Assembly: GCA_002189035.1 (NCBI GenBank)
Contig: NEEC01000108.1
Location: 1-37,439 of the forward strand
Source: Utricularia gibba
Lineage: Eukaryota; Plantae; Magnoliophyta
DNA: 37,439 nt
Direction: 5' to 3'
Shown: one piece after another, positions 23,510 to 36,168 of the stretch
Position numbering within the stretch: position 1 is the stretch's first letter
How the letters are laid out: each line of letters begins with the position of its first letter
The notes under the pieces: model-generated
What the model was told of the DNA's origin: nothing
The model's input: the letters and a program-made list of their open reading frames with translations, nothing else
Databases searched by the model: none
Program-made: the position numbers and the translations under genes

Positions 23510-24959
23510 CATGTGTGTTGGATGGCATGCATCACGGGAGAGTAGAAGAGAAAGAGCACCCCGACATAAGATGTGCTAATACATCCAAACGACTGTAAAG
23601 GACATTCACATGCACCCTTTTTCAACCTAGATCCTTGTCTTTTTTTATATATATAAATATTTCATAATAAAAAATATTCGATTCAATCATTATTGAATTT
23701 ATCCATTGAACTATCCAAATTACAAATTCATATTTTTTGTAAGGAAAATTAAAAAAAAACAAATAATTCAACGATGATTAAAATTACTATCCAATTTTAC
23801 AAACCACGAAACGTGCATACAAATGATTTATGATTTTGTTAGATATTTAAAAAACTGTAAATATTCTGTTAAATAATAAAATTTTCAAGATATCTAATTA
23901 TTGTTGTGACATCATATTCTATAATTTGAAGTTTTGCTTCAAATTATATAGAATAAAATCAGTTTTAGATTACATGAAAATAATCAGTTTAAGATTATAA
24001 AACTATTTTGTGTGATAGCATAAAATTATATTATAAAATTTGATAAAGTGAAATATATATTGTAAAGTCTAATATATTAAATTATTATAGATTCTAATGT
24101 TATAATATAAATGTATTTTTAGAATAGATAAAAATTAAATAATATAATTTTTTTAACTAATATTTTATTTAATTTCTGAAACGTAGATTCTAGGAATTCA
24201 ATAATTTTTGAATATAATTACGAAATTTGAATTCCTGATTTTACGACAAAACTGGAAATTAGAATTTTCAAAAATTAAATAGAATTATTTCAAAAAATTC
24301 ATAACAGAACAGGTCCATGATTTGTTGTTAATCCCATGATTAACGTGTTGTAATAAATTAATCTGAAATTAGTAAATAAATTCCTCTATAATAATAATAA
24401 ATGAATAAAAAGGAATTTATTGCTATTCATTTCTGATGCTTACGTCATAATGCCACGCCCTCCATTTGCAAATCGATCGGTCAAATCGATGAGTTTTTCA
24501 CCATAAATAGTACACGTTTTTTTGGGTGGGAAAAAACATTATTTTAATTGTTAAATAAAAAAATAGTAAGTAGAATGATCGTGGACTTGGGCCGCGGCCC
24601 ATTATCCGGTCTTGTCTGAGAAGCCCACTTCATGCACGTGTGTGTAATATGAAAAATAATCTTATTTTTTTGAATTCTGGTTTACAAGAACAAAAGTAGA
24701 ACCTAACGAACAATTTCTTAATCTTGTGGGGGCGAAATACAGTGGTCCGGTTTGTGGGTAAATGCAGAAGATGTCTTGAAAAGCGGCGAAGAATCTTGAG
24801 GTCCACTGGGCATTGTCATCATCTGGGCTACTCTTCTAACCTCCATTATGCAATTGGTCCACCATGTCCGATTCTTTAGAGATTGGACCATCTTCCTTGT
24901 ATTACAGAGCAAAATTCAAGTGTAGCTGCTGTGTATGGCTTTCCCTCTTCCATTGCTGC

Positions 24960-26870
24960 TTATAAATTTCCTGGGTCGTCGTCTCCCAGCTTGCTCTCAT
25001 GGTTGCTGCAGTCGCCGCGCTCTGCGCTGGGCCTCCTGCCTCCTCGACGCTCCTGCAATGGATGGATGGATGGGTGAAGAGAACAATGGTGATACACAAG
25101 GTGATCGTGGAGACGGGCTCACATCACGGAATGGGTAGTCATCGGCTTCGAGCATGTGCACGACGTGCCCCATTTTGGGTCGTTTTTGAGCGTTTGGGTC
25201 GACGCATCGTAGGGCCACCAGAAGGGTGCGTTTCAGTGATCTTGAAGAAGGTTTTTCCGGTAACTTGGGGTCGAGAACTCCCTCCGAGTTTCTGCTGGAC
25301 ACCATTGTTTTAAGCCAGTCCACCAGGCTCACCTGACATGGTTGCATCAGTTCAGTCTGGTTCAGTTCTGCTATTTGAACCAGACATGTAAAAGGGAAAA
25401 CTTTTGAGGTAGAAGTAATGCGTACCTCCCCTGAGGGGCGGCCGTAATCCACCGGATTTCTGCCGGAAATGATCTCCATTATGAGGATGCCGAAGCTGTA
25501 CACGTCGCTCCTTTCGTTAAGCATGCCAGTGCTGGCGTATTCTGGAGCAACATAGCTAAAGAAGACAAACTTCTGTTTCTCAGTGTTCGGAGAATAAAGA
25601 CTGGATCTTTGTATCTGAAATCAACAAAGCTTGTTACCCGAAAGTTCCCATGACTCGTGTAGTGATGTAGCTTCTTTCTGATCCTAACAGCTTCGCCAGT
25701 CCGAAATCAGATACCTTCGCATTCCAGTTTCTGTCCAATAGGATGTTGCTCGATTTGATATCACGATGAACAACTTTCGGTTCGAGGCATTCGTGTAGAT
25801 AAGTTAACCTGAAAAGCTTTGAGCATTAAGTCACGAAACCAGTTCTTGCGCATTCATAAATTGCAGAGAAGAGGACTCTACCCCTTTGCAGTTCCAAGAA
25901 TGATGTTCATCCGAATCTCCCAAGTAAGAGGACTCAGAGAGCCTACATCTCCATGAAGCCATTGCTCTAAGTTCCCATTGTTCACATACTCGTAAACCAA
26001 CATCCTGACAAACAAGAAGATGAAAAATGTCGTACCAGAGAAATGTGTATACTTGGATGCTCCAAAGGCTACCTGTGAGCTCCTTCAGCACAGTACCCAA
26101 GCAATCTCACCAGATTCTTGTGACGAACTCGCCCTATTGCATCAACTTCAACCTTGAACTCTCTTTCAGCTTGACCCCTGATCACGAGACACGAATATGA
26201 GAGAATTGGCATCAAACTGAAGGATCCATTGAGAGGAAGAGAGATCAGAATACCTGTTGTTGAGCAAATTCTTTACAGCAACGTTGGTGTTATCTTTCAT
26301 TAACCCTCTGTAAACAATCCCATATCCACCTTCACCAATCACATTCCCATCATCAAAACCATTGGTTGCTTCTTCAAGCTCACGGAGGGTATACCAATGT
26401 CCCCATCCCAAATGGGAAACCTCCGGTCCAGCCATTCCCGTCGCCGGATCAGCCCCCGAACGGGACTCCCCACTGACATGCGCCGAACCTGAACCCGACC
26501 CAGAACGAACGGGCTCCGGATAGGTTATCCGATGCCCTTTTCCGATCTCAATGTGGATCCTGTGGTCACTCGGATCTTGCTCCGGGATTTGGTCGGAAAT
26601 GGGCGGCGGAAGGAGTAGAGCCTCCGGTTTCCTTGTCGGGATTTCGAGAATTTCTCTAGAGACATTCGGGATAGCAGAGGTTTTTCGAGTCAACGAGAGG
26701 GAGGTCTTCTTATACCTCCTCGAGGTGAACCAGAGAGATATAAGGAAGAGAAACAAGACAATGGCGGCACCCACGCCGATTCCAAGGACAACCCACAAAC
26801 GCAACCCGAAAATAGAGGTCCTCTTGGATAGCTCATCGTTAAGAAACCCAGTTTTCCCGTCATCAGACAT
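24960..26870 (-). CDS. Single-pass membrane Ser/Thr kinase, RLCK-V-like (At1g01540/At4g02630 type), 7 exons
   Basis: [15 protein letters not shown] segment, [48 protein letters not shown]|YVAPEY, DVYSFG. The last exon 25052-24960 is the least certain. Confidence 0.92.
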
Positions 26871-27480
26871 GACCCTTTCCGCTTCTTCTCCTCAAACAAC
26901 TCCGCAACTCAGCTTTTTCCGCCACATACACAACTCAGTAGAGCATAAAGAGTGGGAAAAAGAGGGGACATTTGACCAGAAGCAAAGGATTAACACACAG
27001 CAGAAAGAAAAACTTTCACTCCACCGGGCGACCCTTTGTGGGCCGCTGGATCCGAGGACTGGAGCAAGCCGTAGTGATGGGACTTTAGTACAGATTTAGT
27101 GCTGGAGTCCATAGCCGCCGCTCTTATTTTACTCCCAGGTCACCTTCTTCCTTCTTTTAATACCTCACAAACCAAGCAATCAATCTATATTTAGATTACA
27201 TTAACTATACTTTCGAACCTTCTGGAATAAGTAATTATTTTTTAATTATTCTTAAATTATGTCCTAACAATTTTCGATCGATGTAATAGTGTTTTTTGAA
27301 TAATTTTTTTTAAAAAATAACCTCCGCACAAGGTGGAAATAGTAAAAGTAATGGGGGGAAAAATATAATAAACGAAGGTTGGGTTGCCGAAATAATTGAA
27401 GTGCAATTAGTTCAAAAAAAAATAAAAAAAATCTACGAATGAGTGAACCGTGGATTTTACGGCGTCCCTCAATCGTCGTT

Positions 27481-29822
27481 TTATGTTCTGAGGCCTGTCG
27501 TTTTGCAAATGGGGCATACATTCTTAATCAGAAGCCATTGCTTGATGCAGTTGGTGTGAAACTCGTGGCCGCAGTCGAGTTTCCCGACGTCTTCTCCGGC
27601 GTTGTAGTCCTCCTGCATCAGAGGTCATCGGACATCAGGATATATATGTTGGAACGACTGCATGTATCGCTCGTCTTGATTCGATGCCACAAAAGGAGGA
27701 TTGGAATGCTTACTCTGCAGATGCAGCAGGGCTCTTGCTCCGCCTCATGGACTAGGGTTATGACCTCTGCGTATTTTCGATTCTTGAGGTGTTCGGCTAT
27801 GGCTTCTTCACTGAGTCCGGTGCACACGTTCCCGATGCGCTCCCCAAGGGCCAATAGCTCCTGGGGGTACGGCGAGGGTTTTCAGAATATGAAAGAATTT
27901 TGGTGAAGATCAATGGTGGAGAGTTGTTTGTTACCTCATACGACATGTTGTCGACATCCATTCGCATATGGCGATGTCGATCGTGAAGATCAGCCACGCC
28001 TAGAAGCACCGAGTGATCGAGGATCATCATGTCCTATGAAGAGTGAGCAAAGACCATGGAAGGAGTAAGAAACTAAGGTGTTCCAAGCGGCAAAGAGAAA
28101 GAAAAGGCACAATGAACCTCGAATCTCAGGCTCTCCCCTCGTCGCATGAGATTGAGAACACGTCGAATCTGCTACGCAGAAGTGAAAAAAGGTAAGCATT
28201 CGATGATAGAAGTGGATTAGGATCGCAAGAAGGATCGGTTACCTCGGATATCATGGTTCTTCTTCCTTCAGCAGTGGGAGGTAAAGCTGTCATCGGTGGA
28301 GGCACGCCGAGAACACCACTACTGAGATGCCTCTCCAGCCGTGCTGTGGACACACTGGATGCGCGACGGGCACGGCGATCAGGTAGAGAAGGAATGGGTG
28401 CTGCAGCCTGAGGGGCAGGGGGGTTAATTTGCAATCCATGATTACTGCTGCTGCTTACCGCTCGCGGTCCAGCACCTGATGGGTACGCATTAGCTCTCCG
28501 CATTTCCGACAGTCTATGGTGGTATCGGGAGCGAAGGGACATAAGAGAGGGTAAAACCGGAGAAGCTGCACTCAGACCAGCCCTAGGTGTTGATCCAACA
28601 TTGCCTCCAAGTTGAAGATTTCCACTGGGTGCAGAGCTCCAGCTAACTGGCTGTTCGGGCAAATTTTGAATCCCATCGGCAGGAAGAAACATGGGATGTG
28701 AAATGGTTCTAGGGGCATTTCGAGATGCAATTTCTGGTTGAACAACAGCAGTATTCCCTCCTGGGGCAGAGGACCCGCTGCTAGTTCTCCTGCTCGATGC
28801 TGCCACCCACCTCGAATGGTGATTACCAAGTGATGGAGAAGGATGCAACAAGGACTGATGCCCATGATGGCTCCCATTTCCCAATCCGGTAGCCTGGCTC
28901 ATATCAAACAAATAGCCTTGAAGAGCTAATCCGGGAGAGTGCTCTGAGGAGGATTCCACATTTCCTGCACCAACCCCTGTTGAAAACTGACCTCCAGAAC
29001 CATGATCTTGCAGATGAAACTGATTGGTGTTGAGGTTAAAGACCCTGCTTGAACTTTCTGCACGATCTGATGCAGCAATAACTGAGGAATTTGCAGAGCC
29101 AGGTCCACCGATCCTAATCCTCTGATTCAACCTTTCAACCCCGTTGCTCAAGACAAGCCTCTCATTCCCCGTTGGGAGTGGCAGGCTGATGTCATTCTCT
29201 GTAATTGGAGGAAACTGCCATTGACTTCTTTCAGTCCTTTTAGCGTAATCAGAACCTCTATGGGAGTGATCCACGCTGACTTCACTGGATTTCCTTTTAT
29301 GAGGCGTGCGCTGAGTATCCAATGCACAGCCAGATATCAAGTTAGGATGATCAGAAGATCGGTGACCAAGATGAGATGGCACAGTCGTCCGAGACACAAC
29401 AGCATTCTCCTCTACATCTTCAAATCCTGCACTCGCATTAAGATCCTGAATAAGGGCTTCAGAGCTAGAAGCTTGTGAAAACACACATCCGCTCCTGTGA
29501 TTGCTACCAGAAACATTCAGCACAGTATCCTGCTCTTGCTCTTGAAACCTCCTCTCTGAGCAAGAGTTTCTCCACCCAATCTCTAGTTTTCCTTCATCTG
29601 AAACACCTGGAAATCTTGCAGCGGCAGAACTAGATTCCCCAAGCACCACTCAGCAGCTCTTCCACCAGGTGATGCCCAGAAATCTGATTTCCGGTTTTGT
29701 GAAGCAGCCTGCAAGGTCTCCCATGGCATTTGACAGTCCACTCCTGCATCATTCGGCATTGAACCATTCTCAGAATGAAGACTATTAGCCATAGTGTCTA
29801 CCAGACCCTTTTGTTTTTGCAT
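27481..29822 (-). CDS. RING-H2 E3 ubiquitin ligase, MBR1/MBR2 (CTL)-like, 5 coding exons, one frameshift at 29637-29640
   Basis: IRRVLNLMRRGESLRFE|DMMILD, HDRHRHMRMDVDNMSYE|ELLALGERIGNV.TGLSEE, EPCCICR|EDY..LDCGHEFHTNCIKQWLLIKNVCPICK. The N-terminal WCLGESSS is restored by adding one G. Confidence 0.9.
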
Positions 29823-32053
29823 CTTGGAACCTGAAAATACTTCATGTTTAGTGAAAAGTGAAAGCTTCTTGATCGCAAGCAGATGCTAAAGCCTTATGTT
29901 TACAGGCATATTTGAGCACATTACCTCTAGCAAAACAACATGAACACAATAAAACTGGAATCTTTTCAAGACAATTTAACTCTTCCCTTTCAAAATCGGA
30001 CTCGCCCACACAAAAAGATCATCTTTTGAAAACAGAATACCACACAGAAGCTATTCAGAAATCCTAAACAACAGCCCAGTTTTCTGATTCCACTCCAGAA
30101 AACATAATCCAAAGGCGAAAACATGAACACCAAAAACAGAGAAACACAAAGGCCGGACGCCAAATCTTTTATCAAGAACGCATTAGATCCGGCCTAAACA
30201 ACAGCTAACACACGTTTAGATCTGTAGTCAAACAGGAAGACATACACACAATCCGTCCAACCAAATAACAAATCATCACAAAAGAAACAGATGCAAAATC
30301 TCAAAAGGGTGATCAGAAACAGCTACAACAAAAAAAACCCACCTCTTTTTTCTTCCGTCAAACAAGAGGAAGGCAGGCGATGAAGGAAACCTAAAGAGAA
30401 GAGAAAACCCTCTGCAATAAAGAAGCTGTAGAGATAGAGAGAGAAAGAGAAAAATCCAATAAAGAACCCAAAAGATGAGATGAATGGAAATTGGTGAGGG
30501 GGGTAGGGGTATATGTATTCTGAATATGAACACCAGCAGGAAAGACGCATGCCGCAATAACGACACACGGATTTCCCCACAACCCCAAATCACTACAAAA
30601 ACTCTTCATCTTCCACAACAGTAAGAAAACAACGTATCTATCTGTATTTATGCATATTTTCCTAATTTCCGAAAATACGATTGATTTTCAACCCTAAAAT
30701 ACAAATATAGTCTAAATAATATTAAAATTCATTGATGAATAAAATTAATTGTTTTTAATAGATAATGCGTGCAATATCAAGTTGTACGGTAAATGATGCT
30801 TTTCCAAAGGGCGGACCCACGTGGCAGTCCACGAAGGCTCTTTTTTTGTTAACAAGATTAAAAAAAGATGGAAATAATATTTTTTTTTCTTTTTATTTTT
30901 TTGTGCTTCTTTGTGGTCTGTGGACTTCTAACAAAAAATTGCTTATTATGTTAATTTATATGGTGGATTTTTGTCACTGAATTATGCGATTTTCTTATAA
31001 TATAATGGAATTAGGAAAATTCATAACTAGAGTTTCACCACAATAATTTTTTTCCTTTCAATCTCACCCCTAATATAGACTGCAGCGTGTCAACTACTTT
31101 GGGGGGCCAAAAGCAAATTTATTAGGGAGTATAGGGGCCAAAACCAGAATGTTTAGAATTATGGTTGCTAATTTGAAAAATATAGGAAAAATATTGATGG
31201 ATATTTAATTTTTTTCAATGAAAAGATTTAGATTTTTATTAATTTTTAAATAATATGTACCAATGCAAATAAAACATTAAAAATACCAAATAAACGATTT
31301 AATTAGAACGAGTTTCGAAACAATATATTATGAATATAGTAAATCAACCCAAAGACGATTTGTGATTTCCAGAAAATGCGAGAGATTATCAAGATGGATG
31401 AATTATTAGATCACCCACAACTAAGCCATAGTGATATAGTGTGTATAAATCAATGTTTTAAATGTTGCGATGTTTCGAATTCAGGTCTTTTTTTTTTTTT
31501 TGGAAAATAAAATATTTTCGAAAATTTGATTTTTGGATCAAATCTGAATATTAATATAAAAGATACGATATTTTGAAAGCATGTATTATAGCGATTAAAT
31601 GATATTCCATTATTTCGTATTTAATAAATAACATGTGATGGCTGGCCATCTTTTACCGAGAACACGAGGTAGAAAAGTCCACAAAACCGGGAACCGGGTG
31701 AACCGGGCCAAGTGGTCCGTCAGACGACATTCAAACTCAATTCTGTCGCCAATCAATCAAGCAGAGAGTGGAGGTCAAGTGTCCGGCCGGAGCACCGCGT
31801 CGGACACGGGATCGCCAAGAACATGGAGTGTCTGTCAGGTAGAAAACAGAACACTAGTTGATAAGTTACGAGACCCAAAACGAATAATGCAACGGAGCTT
31901 CGCGAGTCCAAAACAGGGGGACACTCTCGCTGACTCTCTCAGCTTCGGATGGAGAAAATCCCCGCCGCCGGCGAACAGGAACGTGAAACACTCCGGCCTA
32001 TCCTAGTCGCAACCATACGGACAAAAAAGACCCGGCTCCGACAACCGGAAGAT

Positions 32054-35000
32054 TCACGGCGCGCGGTTGTCGTCGAGAGACAGGGAGGCGAGCTGGTCGG
32101 CGGGGCTCCCATCATGCTGAACATTCCTCAGGACGTCCATCGCCTCCGCAACCTTGGCCTTCAGAGCGTCGGGAGACTCCAGCAAGTGTAAGACCTCGGT
32201 TTGATCCATCTCCAGGAGCATGCCGGTAACTTTCGCAGCGTGTTCGTGCTCCAGCTGATCAACCAGGGGGTACAGGTTCTCGCCCAGCATCTGCCCATGA
32301 ACGCGAAATTTATTCAGTTATGTGAACTCCGGTAGCAGGTGATCGGTAAACACACTTGTTCTTACCGTTCTCTGCTGCTCAGGAGTTGCGTTCGCCAGTG
32401 CAGAAGAGAGGGCGGTGATGGGAGTGGTTGCTGAGTGCCGGCATCATGAGGGAGCATTCCACCCATGTCGTACGAAACGGAAAGCATTCCACCGGCGACA
32501 CCAGGCATGGGAACATCAGGCATATTACGACCGGCCGGATAACCGTACATCCTCCCCCTGGGCAGTACCTGGAGAACCGGCAGTATGTATCAGTGGGGAA
32601 GGGTATATTACAGCTGAAGTGAATCACACAGGCAACGGCATTTTAGATTGTTGCAGTTAAGGAAGGCGTACATGCGGCTGCAACAAATGCATGGGATGCT
32701 GAGTTTGTTGCATTGGACCAGGTGTGCCTCTTCGACCACCTGGGCGCTGTCCTTGCTGGCCTGGTGGCACCATCGGAACGAAGAAATTCGGCAAGGGAGC
32801 ACCACCGGGGCGAATTCCAGGAACAAGCTGCTGCTGATATCCAAATCCAGCCTACATTTTTCAACCGGGTGTAAATACAAAGTTCATTACTGAAGAAATC
32901 CTTGGGAACAAGGACAGGAATACCTGAGGAGGGATCATAGCAGGATGAGCTTGGCCATAGAACAACTGTTGGCCAATCCCAGCAGCGTTGGGAGGATACA
33001 ATGGGACACGGGGGCCAAGAGGTGGAGGAAAAGCCACAAGCCGCATTTGAGAAAACTGGGCCTGCAATGACAGAAACAGTTGGGGATGCAAACAAGTATA
33101 CATGTGGTTATGATAGTATACATGTAACATAGTTTACCTGTAACCTAGCTCTTCGATCCTCCTTACGCTGTGCCAAAGCAACGTAGAGTGGCTTGCTGAT
33201 CACCATTTTGCCATTCATTTCAGAAAGCTGGAACTCAGATAAAGTGGAGTCAATGGAAGAAGTCGTCATTATATCAGAAAAACCTCTGTCTGATTACATA
33301 ATCAACTTACAGCTCGAGAAGCTTCTTCAGGTGTTGAGAAGGCAACAAAACCAGAACCCTACTAATCCCACCAGCATCTCGCATGACCTGCACATATGTA
33401 TGGCTACAACGTATGAATATCACAAAGAAAACGAGCCGATGTGTAATAACTTCAAAATGCTTATAGACAAACCTTGCATGACGTAATCGAACCATACTCA
33501 GAAAACAATTCCTTCAGCTGATCATCATCAATGCTATCATCTAAGTTTTTGATGTACAGGTTGACTCCCTGGAACTTGGGTACAACTTCTTTTGGACCTT
33601 GTTCAAATCTACTTTTTAGCTCCTGCTCCCTCTCTGACTTCTTCAGAGCCTTACCAACATACCATTCCTTTTCATCAATTTTTTTCCCGTTCAGGGCATC
33701 AACTGCCTTGACAGCATCATCAGCATTTTCAAAATTAACAAACCCAAAGCATTTAGATTTCCCATCCGCATCCCTCATCACCACAGCACTGGTAATAGTT
33801 CCATATTCTCCAAAAGTGCGTCTCAGATCATCATCAGTGGTAGAATCAGATAGATTCTTCACAAAAACGTTAGTGAAGCTGGTCTTATTCAATGCAGCAT
33901 CTCTCTCTTGCTTACGAAGGAAATGCCCCACATACACTTGCTTATCATTAATCAGCATTCCATTTAACTTGTCAATCGCGCTTTGGGCAGAGTCTTCATT
34001 ATCAAATTGTACAAAGCCATAGCCCCTAGACTGGCCATTATTGTCCGTTGCAATCTTGCATGAAAGGATGTTGCCAAAGCTTGAAAACGTGTCATGCAGT
34101 GCCTTGTTATCGATTGTTCTATCCAGATTCTACATAAATTAAGAAGGCACAAGCAATTAAGAGGCTTATAGAATCGTACAGAAACAGAACAATAGAAATT
34201 TGATAACTTGGAAGCAAGATTTAGAGGAATGTACACACTAGCTCTCTAGATCACGTCACATGTAGTGGCAGCTTGATCTTAGGATTCAACAACAATGTTC
34301 ATAGAAAAAAGACACCAAAAACAAAGTATGACTAAAAATATGAAGTTACCTTGATAAAAATATTAGCAGTTCCACTTTTCCGTGCACTAGGGTCTCTGAG
34401 AGAGTACATAACTCTGATGGACTTATTATTTAGCTGCGTAAAGTTGAGCATATCCATAGCTCTCGCCGCTGTAAGCCAAAATACCACAACAAACCAGCTT
34501 AAACGTAACAGTTGTGGCATATGAAACAACAAACGGAAAAAAAGGGGGCAGAATATACTGCAGCAACAGCATTTAAAATGGCGCATGGAATGGCTTGATA
34601 TCAACAAGAATAAAGAAATGATGATGCAGTGATTCTGTCCACGACCGAAAGGACGTGTTTCAAGGAACAATAACATACATTTACAGAATACAAGGAAAAA
34701 ACTTCTGTTGCAAAACACGATCTTGGACATCCACACACGGCATGTTGCAAAATTTAAAACATAATGATTTTCATGTTTTAAAGAATAACAGGATGCTCAC
34801 AAATCCGGCATATCATATTTGATCAAGCGCCAAACACCGATAAATCACTAAAGATCACCCATTATAATATGAAACCAAAAGAATTCCCCATAACTGACCC
34901 CACATGAAAACTACACACGCTCCATGAAAGGTCGCTATACCATGTTCGTAGACAAAATAGGAGCTTCTTACCATCTTGAGGATTAGTATAGTTGACATAA

Positions 35001-35233
35001 CCGTAGCCGAGGCTGCGATTAGAGCTAATGTCGCGGCAAATCCTCACAGACACGACCGGACCTATTTGACTGAACAGATCAAAGAGCTGCGTGTCCGACA
35101 CACTGAAATCCAAGTCACCAACATACAATGACGTCGCCCCAAACTGCCCCGCGCGGCGCAGCCCCACACCGTTACCATTCTGAACAGCCGGAGGCCCCGT
35201 CACACTCTGGTGCTGCACTTGAACCTGCGCCAT
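32054..35233 (-). CDS. Polyadenylate-binding protein, class II (PAB2/4/8 type): 4 RRMs plus MLLE domain, with two frameshifts (33357-33359, 32420-32422)
   Basis: [64 protein letters not shown], and C-terminal [19 protein letters not shown]. Confidence 0.95.
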
Positions 35234-35332
35234 ATCTTACCTAAATTCCAACTTTCCACCCTCTTTAAACCGATCGATAATCTCGATGGAGAACCCAACA
35301 CGATCTGATTCCCAAAAAACAAAAAGACAGAA

Positions 35333-35358
35333 TTTTTTTGTGTTTTTTTAATGATTTT
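35333..35358 (-). promoter_or_regulatory. A-rich tract in the predicted PABP 5' leader (AAAATCATTAAAAAAACACAAAAAAA)
   Basis: Read directly, 100-125 nt upstream of the ATG. A-rich leaders are the established PABP autoregulation element. Confidence 0.55.
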
Positions 35359-35492
35359 GGGAAGTTGAATATATGGAAAGGAATAGCGAGAAATGGAAGA
35401 CAAAGAACGGAAAATGTGGGTATGTGGGGAGGGAGGCAAGAAACTGCACCGCAGCCGAGAAGGGAGCTCGAATGCCCGCCTTTATCCAAAGA

Positions 35493-35671
35493 AAACCCTA
35501 GTCGCGGTGGCCAAACCGCAACCGTCGATTCTGATGCGAAAGCAACGGCTTATTGTCATACGGGCAGTTAAAAAATCAAACCTGGGACGTGTCCGAACGC
35601 CATGTCCACACCACAGAAAAGAAACCAGTTTCCGCAAATATTTGGAGTTGGGCCTTTTCTTGCGGGGCCCA
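35493..35671. promoter_or_regulatory. Telo-box (35493-35500) plus site II motifs (TGGGCC 35649, GGCCCA 35666) in the divergent PABP/SPRY spacer
   Basis: Motifs read directly; typical of translation-machinery gene promoters. Confidence 0.6.
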
Positions 35672-36056
35672 AACCCATTCATAAGATATTTTAAAATAAT
35701 GAATTCAACGAATTTAAATTCTATATAATTGTAATAATTCCACTTAAACGAAAATTTTTTATTTTTTAATGATTTCAAATAATAATAATAATAATAACCA
35801 ATATTTACTATTTTCATTGGGAATCACCATGAATGCCTTTATGGTATGTTCTCCAGTCAACAATGGGGATGGGGTGAAGAAAGGTCAAACATTTCATTGT
35901 ATTTTTTTAAATGTTGAATTAATTAATTAATTCTTCTGTTTCTGAGTCTGACTTCTGACGTGTGTCTTGGAGTCGGTCTGGTTCAGGCATCTCCTGTTTT
36001 TCTTTCTCTTTTTGTTTATTCTGGAAAATTCAGCTTCCTCGTCTCCCCTTCTTTCT

Positions 36057-36075
36057 CTTCTTCTTCTTCTTCTTC
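36057..36075 (+). repeat. (CTT)n microsatellite / pyrimidine-rich patch in the predicted SPRY gene leader
   Basis: CTTCTTCTTCTTCTTCTTC run about 100 nt upstream of ATG 36169. Confidence 0.8.
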
Positions 36076-36168
36076 CTCCCTGGTCCTGGTTCTTTTTAGT
36101 TTGTGTTGCGACTACGGAATTGATTCTTTCATTCTTTTGCGGATTATTCCCGCGATTTAGTTTAAAGG

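Noticed and set aside
23540-23559. AGAAGAGAAAGAGCAC resembling miR156/529
   Set aside because: About 5 mismatches over 20 nt and no complementary star arm nearby.
31098-31146. Two GGGGCCAAAA copies resembling a MULE/MITE terminal repeat
   Set aside because: They are direct repeats; I found no inverted partner or target-site duplication.
31685-31707. (AACCGGG)x3
   Set aside because: Too short, lies in the PABP 3' flank, and has no TE boundaries.
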